Both the position numbers and the translations under genes were made by a program. Below the pieces are notes generated by a model, which ran no database searches, was not told where the DNA came from, and worked only from the letters and a program-made list of their open reading frames with translations. Of a stretch of DNA of 64,000 nucleotides, positions 8,821 through 18,017 are shown in pieces. Numbering within the stretch: position 1 is the first letter of the stretch; each line of letters opens with the position of its first letter. Source of the DNA: Acidobacteriota bacterium (GTDB lineage Bacteria > Acidobacteriota > Vicinamibacteria > Marinacidobacterales > Marinacidobacteraceae); the NCBI GenBank assembly GCA_022822745.1, contig JAJEAO010000006.1, forward strand, positions 9,509 to 73,508, written 5' to 3'.

Positions 8821-10197
8821 GTGGGAGAGAGCCCGGAACGAGCCGTCGCCCGCGCTCGACGGCTCGCATCGTCGGGCGCCCCCGCCTCCCGCGCGTTCCG
8901 GCGCCGCGCGCTCGGCTCGCTCCAGCGCCTCCTCGTCTCCAGGCGTTCGGCGTGGGAGGCGGCGCTCGCCGAGGATCTGGGCGTCCCCCCCTTCGAGGCG
9001 TGGGCGGCGCAGACGGGCGTGGTCCTCCAGGAAATCCGCCACGCCCGACGAAGGCTCCGGGGCTGGATGCGACCCGAGCGGGTCGGCTCTCCCCTCGCGC
9101 TCCTCCCGTCGCGGAGCCGGATCGAGCCCGCGCCGCTCGGGGTCGTGCTCGTCATCGCTCCCTGGAACTACCCGCTGCAGTTGAGCCTCGCCCCGGCGGT
9201 CGCGGCGCTGGCGGCGGGGAACACCGTCGTCCTGAAGCCCTCGGAGCACGCCCCGGCGACGGCGGCGCTCCTCGCCGAACTCCTCCCGGCGGCGCTCCCC
9301 GAGGGCCTCGTGGAAGTGGTTCCCGGAGGTCCGGATGTCGGGGCGGCCCTCGGCGGTTCCGGTGCGTTCGATCACATTCTCTTCACCGGCAGCCGCGGCG
9401 TGGGGGCGAGAGTGGCCGAGGCCGCCGGACGCACCCTGACCCCCGTCACCCTCGAGCTGGGAGGCAAGTGCCCAGTCCTCCTCGACAAGACTGCGAGCCT
9501 GCGGGTCGCGGCCCGGCGCATTGCCTGGGGAAAGTTCCTGAACGCCGGACAGACCTGCGTCGCCCCCGACTTCGCCCTCGTTCCGTCGAACCGCGCCGAG
9601 CGGTTCCACCGGGAGCTCGGCCGCGCCCTGGACCGGTTCTACGGACCCGACCCCGAGCAGAGCCCCGACTACGCCCGCATCGCGCACCGGGCGCACTTCG
9701 ACCGGCTCGCCCGGCTGCTCGAGGGCCTCCCGATCCGGCGCGGCGGAACCCGCGACCGGGAAACGCTCTACTTCGCGCCGACCGTGACCGGCCCCTGGCC
9801 CGACGGCCACGCCGCGGGCCGGGAGGAGATCTTCGGGCCCATTCTCCCGGTCCTTCCGTACGACACCCTCGATCAGGCGATCACCCTCGCCGCCGAACTG
9901 CCCCCTCCGCTCGCGCTCCACATCTTCACCCGTCGGCGACGGGTCGCGCGACGGGTCGCGGCGGCGGTGCGCTCCGGCGCCGTCCTCGTGAACGACGCCG
10001 TGCTCCACTGCGCGAACCCGGCGCTCCCGTTCGGCGGCGTCGGGGCGAGCGGGTATGGGGCGTACCACGGCGTCCACGGGTTCGACCGGCTCTCCCAGCC
10101 GCGCGCCTGGCTGACCTCCCTGCCCTGGTTCGACATCCCGCTCCGCTACCCGCCCTACCGGGGCAAACTGCCCATCCTCCGCCGGATCCTTCGTTGA
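8821..10197 (+). CDS. Class 3 (fatty/aromatic) aldehyde dehydrogenase
   Basis: 458 aa with LELGGKCP and [11 protein letters not shown] (catalytic Cys), plus [12 protein letters not shown]. The GTG at 8821 gives the class-3 N-terminus ([17 protein letters not shown]...). Its stop overlaps the start of the next gene (TGATG). Confidence 0.85.
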   Translation: MGESPERAVARARRLASSGAPASRAFRRRALGSLQRLLVSRRSAWEAALAEDLGVPPFEAWAAQTGVVLQEIRHARRRLRGWMRPERVGSPLALLPSRSRIEPAPLGVVLVIAPWNYPLQLSLAPAVAALAAGNTVVLKPSEHAPATAALLAELLPAALPEGLVEVVPGGPDVGAALGGSGAFDHILFTGSRGVGARVAEAAGRTLTPVTLELGGKCPVLLDKTASLRVAARRIAWGKFLNAGQTCVAPDFALVPSNRAERFHRELGRALDRFYGPDPEQSPDYARIAHRAHFDRLARLLEGLPIRRGGTRDRETLYFAPTVTGPWPDGHAAGREEIFGPILPVLPYDTLDQAITLAAELPPPLALHIFTRRRRVARRVAAAVRSGAVLVNDAVLHCANPALPFGGVGASGYGAYHGVHGFDRLSQPRAWLTSLPWFDIPLRYPPYRGKLPILRRILR

Positions 10198-12614
10198 TGA
10201 CCTCGAACCCCGCACTCGCCCTCCTCGATCCGGTGTCCGGCCGGCCGCCGCTGAAGCCGCCGGAGGCCGCCCGCATCGCGGCGGAGATCTGGGGCCTCGA
10301 AGCGGACGCATCGCCGCTGCCGGGCGAGCGCGACGCGAACTTCCTCCTGACCTCCCGCTCGGGCGAGCGGTTCGTGCTCAAGGTCTCGGGCGCCGCCGAA
10401 GTCCCGGAGCGGGTCGAACTCCAGACCGCGATGCCGGCGCACATCCGGAAACGCGACCCCCGCCTCCGGACGCCGCGCGCCGTCCCCGCCCGAACCGGAT
10501 CCCCGGGCCCGAACGGGATCGCTGCATGCCGCATTCGGGGCCGAAGCCACGCGGCCCGGCTCCTCGTCCACCAGGACGGCGTGCCCCTCTCGGCCTTCCC
10601 TTCCCCCGCCCCGGCGATTCTCGATGCCGTCGGAAGTTTCGCGGGGCGGCTCCAGCGGACCCTCGCCGACTTCGATCATCCCGGCCTCCGCGCCCGGGAC
10701 CTGCCGTGGGCGCCGCAGCACGGGGCGCGGGTGATCTCCGCCGCAACGGGGCGAATCGAGGGCCCGGCGCGGCGAGCTCTCCACGCCCGGACGGCGGATT
10801 CCGTCCTGCCGCGGCTGCCGGCCCTGCTCGCTCTGCCGCAGGCCCCCCTCCACAACGACCTGAACGACGACAACCTGCTCCTCGCCGCCGGCGCGCCGGA
10901 GAGCGCGGGCCCCGAGGATCTGGCCGTTCTGGATTTCGGCGACGCCCTCGAGGGACCGGCGGTCGTCGAGGTCGCGACCGCGGCGCTCTATGCGGCGGGG
11001 GCCTCCGACGAGCCCCTGGCGGCGGCCGCCGCGGTCCTCGCCGGATTCGTCCGGGAGCGGCCGCTCTCGCGGGCGGAAGCGGGCGCCTTCCGCACCGCCC
11101 TCGCGCTCCGGGCGCTGGTGAGCGGGGGCATCGCCGCCATCCGACGGGCCGAGGTGCCGGGCGCCGCCGCCGACCCCTACCTGATGACCAGCGAGGCCGC
11201 CGTGTGGCGCGTGCTGGCGGCCCTCGATCGGGAATCGGCGCGCGAGTCCGGGGCCCGCTTCCTCGAGGCCGCCGGTCTCGCTCCTCCCGGCGCAGCTCGA
11301 GCCGGAGGCGACGACCCGAGGCGCCTCCTCGCCCGCCGGCGTCGCTGGTTCAGCCGCGCCCTGAGCATCTCCTACGACGATCCGATCCCGGTCGTCCGGG
11401 GCGCGGGCGCCCGGCTCCACGACCCCGACGGACGAAGCTACCTCGACATGGTGAACAACGTCTGCCATGTCGGGCACGCCCACCCCCGGGTCGCGGGGGC
11501 GATCGCCCGGCAGGCGGCGCGCGTCAACACGAACACGCGCTTCCTCTACCGGGAGCTCACCGATTACGCCGAGCGCCTCCTCGCCACGCTGCCGGACCCG
11601 CTCGAAGTCGTCTTCTTCACGAACTCGGGGAGCGAGTCGAACGACCTCGCGCTCCGGATCGCGAGAAACCGGCTGGGACGCTCCGCCACGCTCGTCTTCG
11701 ACGGCGCCTACCACGGCAACCTCACCTCCCTCATCGAGATCAGTCCCTACAAGCTGGATGGCCCCGGGGGCCGGCCCGGTCCGCCGTGGCTGCACCGTCT
11801 GCCGCTGCCCGACGGGTTCCGGGGACGATTCCGAGCGGAGGCGCCCGACTTTCCCGACGCGATGATCGCGGACGCTCGCCGGCGGGTGGCGGCCGCGGGC
11901 CCGGCCACTCTCGTCTCGGAGGCGATCCTCGGCTGCGGGGGGCAGGTCGTGCCTCCGCCGGGCTACCTGCGGGCGCTCTACCGGGCGGTCCGGGACGGGG
12001 GCGGGCTCATCGTCGCCGACGAGGTCCAGACCGGTTTCGGACGGGTGGGGCCCGCGTTCTGGGCCTTCGTCGAGGCGCAGCGCGGACCCGAAGCCGCCGA
12101 GCCCCCCGTGGTCCCGGACATCGTGACCCTGGGCAAACCCGCCGGAAACGGCCATCCGCTCGGGGCCGTGGTCACGACCCGCGAGCTCGCGAACTCGTTC
12201 GAGACCGGGATGGAGTACTTCAACACCTACGGCGGCAACCCGGTCTCCTGCGCCGCCGGACTCGCGGTCCTCGACGTCATCGAGAGCGAGGACCTGGCGG
12301 CCCACGCGGAACGGGTCGGCAACCGGCTGCTCGACGGCCTGAACCGGCTCGCGAACCGGTACCCTCTCATCGGAGAAGCGCGCGGGCGCGGTCTGTTCCT
12401 CGGCTTCGAGCTGGTGCGGGATCCCGAGACCCGCGCTCCCGCGACCGCGGAGGCGCGACGGCTGGTGAACCGCCTCCGCCAGGCGCGCATCCTGAACAGC
12501 ACCGACGGCCCCGACGCGAACGTCATCAAGATCAAGCCGCCGCTTCCGTTCTCGGCGGCGGACGCGGACCACTACCTGGAAGTCCTCGATCGAACGCTGA
12601 GTACCCCCGAATGA
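10197..12614 (+). CDS. Bifunctional fusion: N-terminal APH-fold (hydroxylysine-kinase/HYKK-like) amino-alcohol kinase plus C-terminal class-III aminotransferase-fold phospho-lyase (AGXT2L/ETNPPL-like)
   Basis: N-domain has [19 protein letters not shown] and VLDFGDA (APH/HYKK motifs). C-domain has [16 protein letters not shown]...[47 protein letters not shown] and [12 protein letters not shown], nearly colinear with eukaryotic phospho-lyases as I remember them. 805 aa; the ATG shares its A with the upstream TGA. Confidence 0.9.
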   Translation: MTSNPALALLDPVSGRPPLKPPEAARIAAEIWGLEADASPLPGERDANFLLTSRSGERFVLKVSGAAEVPERVELQTAMPAHIRKRDPRLRTPRAVPARTGSPGPNGIAACRIRGRSHAARLLVHQDGVPLSAFPSPAPAILDAVGSFAGRLQRTLADFDHPGLRARDLPWAPQHGARVISAATGRIEGPARRALHARTADSVLPRLPALLALPQAPLHNDLNDDNLLLAAGAPESAGPEDLAVLDFGDALEGPAVVEVATAALYAAGASDEPLAAAAAVLAGFVRERPLSRAEAGAFRTALALRALVSGGIAAIRRAEVPGAAADPYLMTSEAAVWRVLAALDRESARESGARFLEAAGLAPPGAARAGGDDPRRLLARRRRWFSRALSISYDDPIPVVRGAGARLHDPDGRSYLDMVNNVCHVGHAHPRVAGAIARQAARVNTNTRFLYRELTDYAERLLATLPDPLEVVFFTNSGSESNDLALRIARNRLGRSATLVFDGAYHGNLTSLIEISPYKLDGPGGRPGPPWLHRLPLPDGFRGRFRAEAPDFPDAMIADARRRVAAAGPATLVSEAILGCGGQVVPPPGYLRALYRAVRDGGGLIVADEVQTGFGRVGPAFWAFVEAQRGPEAAEPPVVPDIVTLGKPAGNGHPLGAVVTTRELANSFETGMEYFNTYGGNPVSCAAGLAVLDVIESEDLAAHAERVGNRLLDGLNRLANRYPLIGEARGRGLFLGFELVRDPETRAPATAEARRLVNRLRQARILNSTDGPDANVIKIKPPLPFSAADADHYLEVLDRTLSTPE

Positions 12615-13312
12615 GCCCGACCCGGACCCTGCCCCGCTGGAGCCTGGTCGAGGTTCCGCCCCCCGGCGCGCATCGGACGACGATCGTCTGGCTCCACGGG
12701 CTCGGCGCCGACGGCCGGGACTTCGCTCCGGTCATCCCGGCGCTGCGGCTGCCGCGCCCCCTCGGGGTCCGGTTCCTGTTCCCGGAGGCGCCCATCCGTC
12801 CGGTCACCCTGAACGGCGGGATGGCGATGCGCGCCTGGTACGACATCGGCTCCATCACCGACTCCCGTGAACTGAACCGGGACCAGCTCGACGAGTCCGT
12901 CTCCGGGGTGCGGGCGCTCCTCGCCGCCGAACAAGAGCGCGGGATCCCGCCCGAGCGTCAGCTCCTCGTGGGCTTCTCGCAGGGGGGCGCGGTCGCGCTG
13001 AGCGCCGCCACCGCACGGGGGCCGGACGGATCCCCGCCTCCCCCGATCGGGGGGCTGGCTGCGCTCTCGACCTACCTGCCGCAGCCGGAGCGGCTCGTTC
13101 CCGGGGGGCGGGCGCCGATCTTCCTCGCCCACGGCTACTACGACGAAACGGTCCCGTTCCAGGCGGGAGCCAGGACCCGGGACGCCCTGGTGGCGGCCGG
13201 GTGGACCACGGACTTCCACGGCTACGCGATGGGCCACGCGGTGTGCGAAGAAGAGATCCGGGCGCTGGGCGCCTTCTTTCGGCAGGCGCTCGGCGGCGAG
13301 GCCGAATCGTGA
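12611..13312 (+). CDS. Alpha/beta-hydrolase carboxylesterase/phospholipase family (Abhydrolase_2-like)
   Basis: GFSQGG nucleophile elbow, downstream D and H (HGYAMGHAV), about 233 aa. ATGA overlap with the previous stop. Confidence 0.8.
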   Translation: MSPTRTLPRWSLVEVPPPGAHRTTIVWLHGLGADGRDFAPVIPALRLPRPLGVRFLFPEAPIRPVTLNGGMAMRAWYDIGSITDSRELNRDQLDESVSGVRALLAAEQERGIPPERQLLVGFSQGGAVALSAATARGPDGSPPPPIGGLAALSTYLPQPERLVPGGRAPIFLAHGYYDETVPFQAGARTRDALVAAGWTTDFHGYAMGHAVCEEEIRALGAFFRQALGGEAES

Positions 13313-14328
13313 CCGGCCCCGAACCGGTCACCCTGGTCACCGGCTCCGCGGGCGAGATCGGGGCCAACCTGGTGCGGGAGCTCGTCCGCCGGGGCGACCG
13401 GGTCGTCACGGTGGACCTCCGACCCGGCCGAGAGGGATCGGGCGCCCTCGCTCACTTCGCCGGGGACATCACCGATCCGGCGCTCTGGAACGCGTTCGGG
13501 GCCCGCTACCTCCCCCGGACGACGTTCCACCTGGCCGCGGTGCTCTCCACCCACGCCGAGCGGAGCCCCACGCTCGCGCACCGGGTGAACATCGAGGGAA
13601 CGGCCCGGCTGCTGCGCCTCGCTCGCGACGCCGGATCGGCCGCGAACCCGGCGCGGTTCCTGTTTCCCAGCTCGATCGCCGTGTACGGCTTCCCGTCCCG
13701 ATCGCGGAAGGCGGCCGCGGGCAACGTGCGGGAAGACGAGCACCTCGATCCGGCCACGCTCTACGGACAGCAGAAGCTCTACATCGAGCGGCTCGGCGCC
13801 GCCCTCGAACGGGAGCGTCCGGGGCTCGATTTCCGAGCGGTCCGGTTCCCCGGGCTGATCTCCTGCGACACCGTGCCCCAGGGCGGCACGAGCGACTGGG
13901 CGCCGGAACTCCTCCACGCCGCCGCCCGCGGCGAGCCCTGCGCGTTCTTCGTCCGGGGCGACGCGCGGCTCCCGTTCTGCGCCATGCCGGACGCCGTCCG
14001 CGGCCTTCTCCAGCTCGCGGGCAGCGACCGGGCGAACCTGCGCCGGACCGCCTACAACCTGGGCGGATCCAGTTTCTCCGCCGATGAAGTCATTGCGCGC
14101 GTCCGGAGGGACTTCCCCGATGTCCGGGTTCACCGCGCGCTCGACGAGGAGCGGGACCGGATCGTTGCGAGCTGGCCGGGCGCGGTGGACGACGGCGCCG
14201 CGCGCCGCGACTTCGGCTGGGCGCCCGCCCACGACCGGGAGACCCTGTTCTCCCGCTACCTGATTCCCGGCATCCGGGCCCGCTACCGGCGGACTCGGGA
14301 CGAGCCGTCCGTCGCGGAGGTCCGATGA
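13309..14328 (+). CDS. Extended-SDR NAD-dependent epimerase/dehydratase-fold enzyme, L-threonine 3-dehydrogenase (TDH)-like
   Basis: TLVTGSAGEIG Rossmann motif. SSIAVYG, FPGLISCDTVPQGGTSDWAPELL, YNLGGSSFSADEV and ASWPGAVDDGAARRDFGW each match remembered signatures of SDR-type TDH. GTGA overlap with the previous stop. Confidence 0.75.
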   Translation: MTGPEPVTLVTGSAGEIGANLVRELVRRGDRVVTVDLRPGREGSGALAHFAGDITDPALWNAFGARYLPRTTFHLAAVLSTHAERSPTLAHRVNIEGTARLLRLARDAGSAANPARFLFPSSIAVYGFPSRSRKAAAGNVREDEHLDPATLYGQQKLYIERLGAALERERPGLDFRAVRFPGLISCDTVPQGGTSDWAPELLHAAARGEPCAFFVRGDARLPFCAMPDAVRGLLQLAGSDRANLRRTAYNLGGSSFSADEVIARVRRDFPDVRVHRALDEERDRIVASWPGAVDDGAARRDFGWAPAHDRETLFSRYLIPGIRARYRRTRDEPSVAEVR

Positions 14329-15092
14329 CGATGCAGCGCCCCGTTCCTTCCCCCCTGTGGCCCGGCCTCGCGGCCCCGCTGCTGTCGGCCGCTCTCGGAG
14401 CGGTCACCTACATCGGGCTCACGCGGCTCAGCCCGGACCCCGATCAGGACTATCTCCTCCGCCTCTCGGTGGTCGCGCTCGTCATGCTCGCGCCCCCGGT
14501 GTGGGCGCTGCGGCGCTTCGTCCTCGCCCGGCGCGCCGGAGCGCTCACGGCCGGCGGCTGGGCGGGCGCGGGAGTCGCGCTGCTGTCGCTGGGCCTCGTG
14601 GCCGCCCCCATCGGCGGCGCGCTCCGCCGCGCCCGCCAGGCGGCGAACCTCGCGCTCGAAGGGGTTCCGGCCCCTGAGTTCCGCGCCGCCGACCTCGACG
14701 GCAACGTCCACCGGCTCTCCGACCACGCCGGATCCGTCGTCCTCGTGAACATCTGGGCCACCTGGTGCCCGCCCTGCCGGGCCGAGATGCCCGAACTGGA
14801 CCGCCTCGCGAAGGAGCGGGCGGAACAGGGCTTCGCGGTCTTCGGGGTCTCCACCGAGGACGCCGCCACCCAGGAAGCCTTCCGCCGGGAGATGGTGTCG
14901 GTGGACTATCCGCTGCTCCTCCCCGACGCGCTCGCGGACGGCGTCATGCCGGACATCTTCACCGAGACCGCCCGCTACCCGGCGAACTTCCTGATCGACC
15001 GGGACGGACTCCTCCACCCGGCGCCGAGCACGGATCAGCCATTCTCGGCGCTCGAAGCGGCAGTGGACCGGCTCCTGGAAGACATCCGTTAG
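14325..15092 (+). CDS. Membrane-anchored TlpA/ResA-type thiol:disulfide oxidoreductase
   Basis: WATWCPPC motif in a thioredoxin fold, with an N-terminal TM segment. ATGA overlap with the TDH-like gene. Confidence 0.8.
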   Translation: MTMQRPVPSPLWPGLAAPLLSAALGAVTYIGLTRLSPDPDQDYLLRLSVVALVMLAPPVWALRRFVLARRAGALTAGGWAGAGVALLSLGLVAAPIGGALRRARQAANLALEGVPAPEFRAADLDGNVHRLSDHAGSVVLVNIWATWCPPCRAEMPELDRLAKERAEQGFAVFGVSTEDAATQEAFRREMVSVDYPLLLPDALADGVMPDIFTETARYPANFLIDRDGLLHPAPSTDQPFSALEAAVDRLLEDIR

Positions 15093-15120
15093 CGCCGCGC
15101 CGCGATGCCTGGAAGAAACC

Positions 15121-16575
15121 ATGAAGAACATCCTCCGGATTGCCCGGCGGCAGATCCACTCCATCCTCGAGACGCGCTCCACGATCCTCCTTCTGGTTCT
15201 CGTCGCCGCTCTCGGCATCGTCTCCGGCCTCGGCGCCCGCCACCACGCCGTCCGGGAAGCGGAGGCGCGGCTCGAACAGCAGTCCCTGGTGGAGCGCCAG
15301 TGGCTGGAGCAGCCGGGCCGTCATCCGCACCGGGTGATCCACTACGGGTTCCTGCTCTTCCGCGAAGAAGCGCCCCTCGCCTTCTTCGACCCCGGAGTCA
15401 GTCCCTGGGCCGGGACCGCGCTCTACCTCGAAGGGCACCGCCAGAACTCCGCCAGTTTCGGTGACGCGCGCCACGCGACCAGCGCGGCGAGCTTCGGACG
15501 GCTCACGCCGGCTGCCGTGCTCGGGCTCCTCGCGCCGCTGCTCATCATCGTCGCCGGGTTCGCCTCGGTGAGCGGCGAGCGGGAGCAGGGCACGCTGCCG
15601 CTGCTCCTGGCGCAGGGCGCGACCCCGGGGCAGATCGTGGCGGGGAAGTCGCTGGGCATCGGCGCGGCCGCAGCCGCCGCCGCGCTTCCCGTCGGGCTGG
15701 TGACCGCCGCCTTCATGGCGTTCGGTGGCGCAGAAGCGCCCTCGTGGCTCCGGGTCGGGGCGCTCGTCGCCACCTATGGCGCCTACCTGGCTGGGTGGGT
15801 GCTGGTCACGGTCTGGATCTCCTCGCGCCGGAAGTCCTCGGGCGCCGCTCTCGCCCACCTCGTCGCGCTGTGGGTCGTCCTGGGCGTCGGCGCGCCTCGC
15901 CTCGCCGCTTCCGTGGCGGCGGGACTCCATCCAGAGCCCTCGCGCGCCGAGCTCACGGCGCAGGTGCAGGCGGCGGAACGGCAAGTCGGCGAGAGCCACA
16001 ACCCCGACGACCCCTTCTTCGCCGCGCTGCGCGACGAGTACCTGACGCGCTACCAGGTGTCCTCGGTGGAGGAGCTTCCGGTCAACTGGCGAGGCCTGGT
16101 CAGCCGCGAGGGGGAGGCGGCAACGAGCCGCATCCACGAGGAGCACCAGCTCGAACTGCTGGGTGTTCACCAGCGTCAGAACCGCGTCATCGGATGGTTC
16201 GGGCTGCTCGCGCCGCACCTGGCGATGCGGGATCTCTCCATGTCGGCGGCGGGCACCGGACCCGAGGCAGTGGAGGCATTCCGGGCGCAGGCCGAAGCGC
16301 ACCGTTACGACCGCATCCAGCGCCTCAACGACCTCCACATCCACCAGATCCATCTCGAGAACGACCGCGCGCAGCGGCTGTCGCGGGAGGAGTGGGAGCG
16401 GTTTCCGGAGTTTCGGCTGGAACCGCCTTCGCTGCGTCAGGCCCTCGCGGACCGCCCGCAGGCGCTGGCCGGACTGGGGCTGTGGATGCTGGTCCCCTTG
16501 CTGGGGCTGGCGCTCGGTCGCGAACGGCTCTCGCGCGTGAGCGAGCCGGCGTCGAGAAAGGAGCCGGCGGCATGA
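15121..16575 (+). CDS. ABC-2-type transporter permease-like membrane protein (DUF3526-like)
   Basis: 484 aa with an N-terminal TM, a central 4-5 TM block and a C-terminal TM; the architecture recalls the paired DUF3526 permeases. No ATPase gene is adjacent. Confidence 0.55.
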   Translation: MKNILRIARRQIHSILETRSTILLLVLVAALGIVSGLGARHHAVREAEARLEQQSLVERQWLEQPGRHPHRVIHYGFLLFREEAPLAFFDPGVSPWAGTALYLEGHRQNSASFGDARHATSAASFGRLTPAAVLGLLAPLLIIVAGFASVSGEREQGTLPLLLAQGATPGQIVAGKSLGIGAAAAAAALPVGLVTAAFMAFGGAEAPSWLRVGALVATYGAYLAGWVLVTVWISSRRKSSGAALAHLVALWVVLGVGAPRLAASVAAGLHPEPSRAELTAQVQAAERQVGESHNPDDPFFAALRDEYLTRYQVSSVEELPVNWRGLVSREGEAATSRIHEEHQLELLGVHQRQNRVIGWFGLLAPHLAMRDLSMSAAGTGPEAVEAFRAQAEAHRYDRIQRLNDLHIHQIHLENDRAQRLSREEWERFPEFRLEPPSLRQALADRPQALAGLGLWMLVPLLGLALGRERLSRVSEPASRKEPAA

Positions 16576-18017
16576 GATCCACGCGGTGGCGACTGCTCCG
16601 GCTGGAATGGGCCCGGATGTTCCGTTCGGGCGGCTCCACGGTCGCGGCGTGCCTGGTGATCGCCCTCGGGGCGTACGCCGCCTGGGAGGGACGGCAGCGA
16701 CTCGGAGCGGTCGAAGCGAGCGCCGCAGCGGCCGAGGAAGGCTACCGGAGCCAGCTCGAATTTCTCGTCGGGCGCTATCCCCCGACGACGGAAGCCGGCG
16801 AGCTGCTGTACTACCTGACGTTTCCGGCTTCGCAGCCACCATCCCGTCTCTCGGGACTCGCGAGCGGGAGGGAGGCCGTCGAGACGGCGAATCTCCGGAT
16901 CCGGTTGCTCGCGCTCGAAGGGCAGCTCTACGAGCAGGAGACGCTCAATCCGCGTCTCGCCGCCGCCGGGAGGCTCGACCTCGGCTTCGTGCTGCTCGCG
17001 CTGCTGCCGCTTCTCATCATCGCCATCACCTACGATCTCGTCTCCGGGGAGCGCGAGCGCGGGACATGGCGGCTGGCGCAGCTCTTCGTCCCGTCGAGTC
17101 GGCTCGTGGGGGTGAAGACCGGCGCCCGGATCCTCGTGGTGGCAGGTCTCGTCGTTTCGCTGCTCGCGATCGGGGCGCTTGCCACCGGACTCGACGGGGA
17201 CGGGCGCCCCGGCTGGGCTGCGGCTCTCGTCGTCCTGCACACGGCGTTCTGGTTCGCTCTGTGTCTGGCGGTCGCCACGGGTCGCCGCTCATCCACGGCC
17301 AACGCGATGGTGCTGGTCGGCGCCTGGGTGGCGCTCACCTTCCTGGCGCCAGCGGTGCTGAGCCTCATGAACACGATCCTCCACCCGGCGCCGGAAGCTC
17401 TCGATCTGACCGTCCGCCAGCGACAGGGCTACCACGAAGCCTGGGATCTCCCTCGGGAGGAAACGATGGAGGAGTTCTTCGAGGACTACCCCGAGTGGAG
17501 CGACTGGATCGTCCCGCAGGATCGGTTCACCTGGGCCTGGTACTACGCGATGAATCACCGGGGGGATCAGGCCGCCCGCGAGACCTCACGCGCCTACCGG
17601 GATGTGCTCGCCCGCCGGGATGCCTGGGCCGGGCGGTGGTCCCTCCTCGTCCCGCCTCTCGCGGCCCGGATCGCCCTCGACCGGCTGGCGTCGAGCGACC
17701 TGGAAGCTCAGCTCGCTTACCAGGAGGCGGTCCGCAGCTATCACGAGCGGCTCAAGACGCACTTCCAGCCGATCCTGTTCGCGGAGACGCCGCACCCCGA
17801 AGTGGACTGGAGCCGAGTGCCGATCTTCGAACCCGCCGCTCCGGTGGAAGCGCCTGCCGCCGCAGGGCTCCCGGCCGCCGCCTCGCTGGCGCTCGCCTCG
17901 CTGCTGGCCCTCTGGGGCGCTCGTGGCCGCCGAGCGCTCTCGTTCAGCGCTCTCCGCCGAGGAAGCCGAACGCCATCACCGCCGGCACCGCGATTCCGTT
18001 CAGCGTCGCCGGGCTGA
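16572..18017 (+). CDS. Second DUF3526-like ABC-2 permease-like membrane protein
   Basis: Paralogous architecture to the previous gene with an ATGA overlap. The 3' end may be shorter than the ORF (convergent overlap with the TPR gene). Confidence 0.55.
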   Translation: MRSTRWRLLRLEWARMFRSGGSTVAACLVIALGAYAAWEGRQRLGAVEASAAAAEEGYRSQLEFLVGRYPPTTEAGELLYYLTFPASQPPSRLSGLASGREAVETANLRIRLLALEGQLYEQETLNPRLAAAGRLDLGFVLLALLPLLIIAITYDLVSGERERGTWRLAQLFVPSSRLVGVKTGARILVVAGLVVSLLAIGALATGLDGDGRPGWAAALVVLHTAFWFALCLAVATGRRSSTANAMVLVGAWVALTFLAPAVLSLMNTILHPAPEALDLTVRQRQGYHEAWDLPREETMEEFFEDYPEWSDWIVPQDRFTWAWYYAMNHRGDQAARETSRAYRDVLARRDAWAGRWSLLVPPLAARIALDRLASSDLEAQLAYQEAVRSYHERLKTHFQPILFAETPHPEVDWSRVPIFEPAAPVEAPAAAGLPAAASLALASLLALWGARGRRALSFSALRRGSRTPSPPAPRFRSASPG

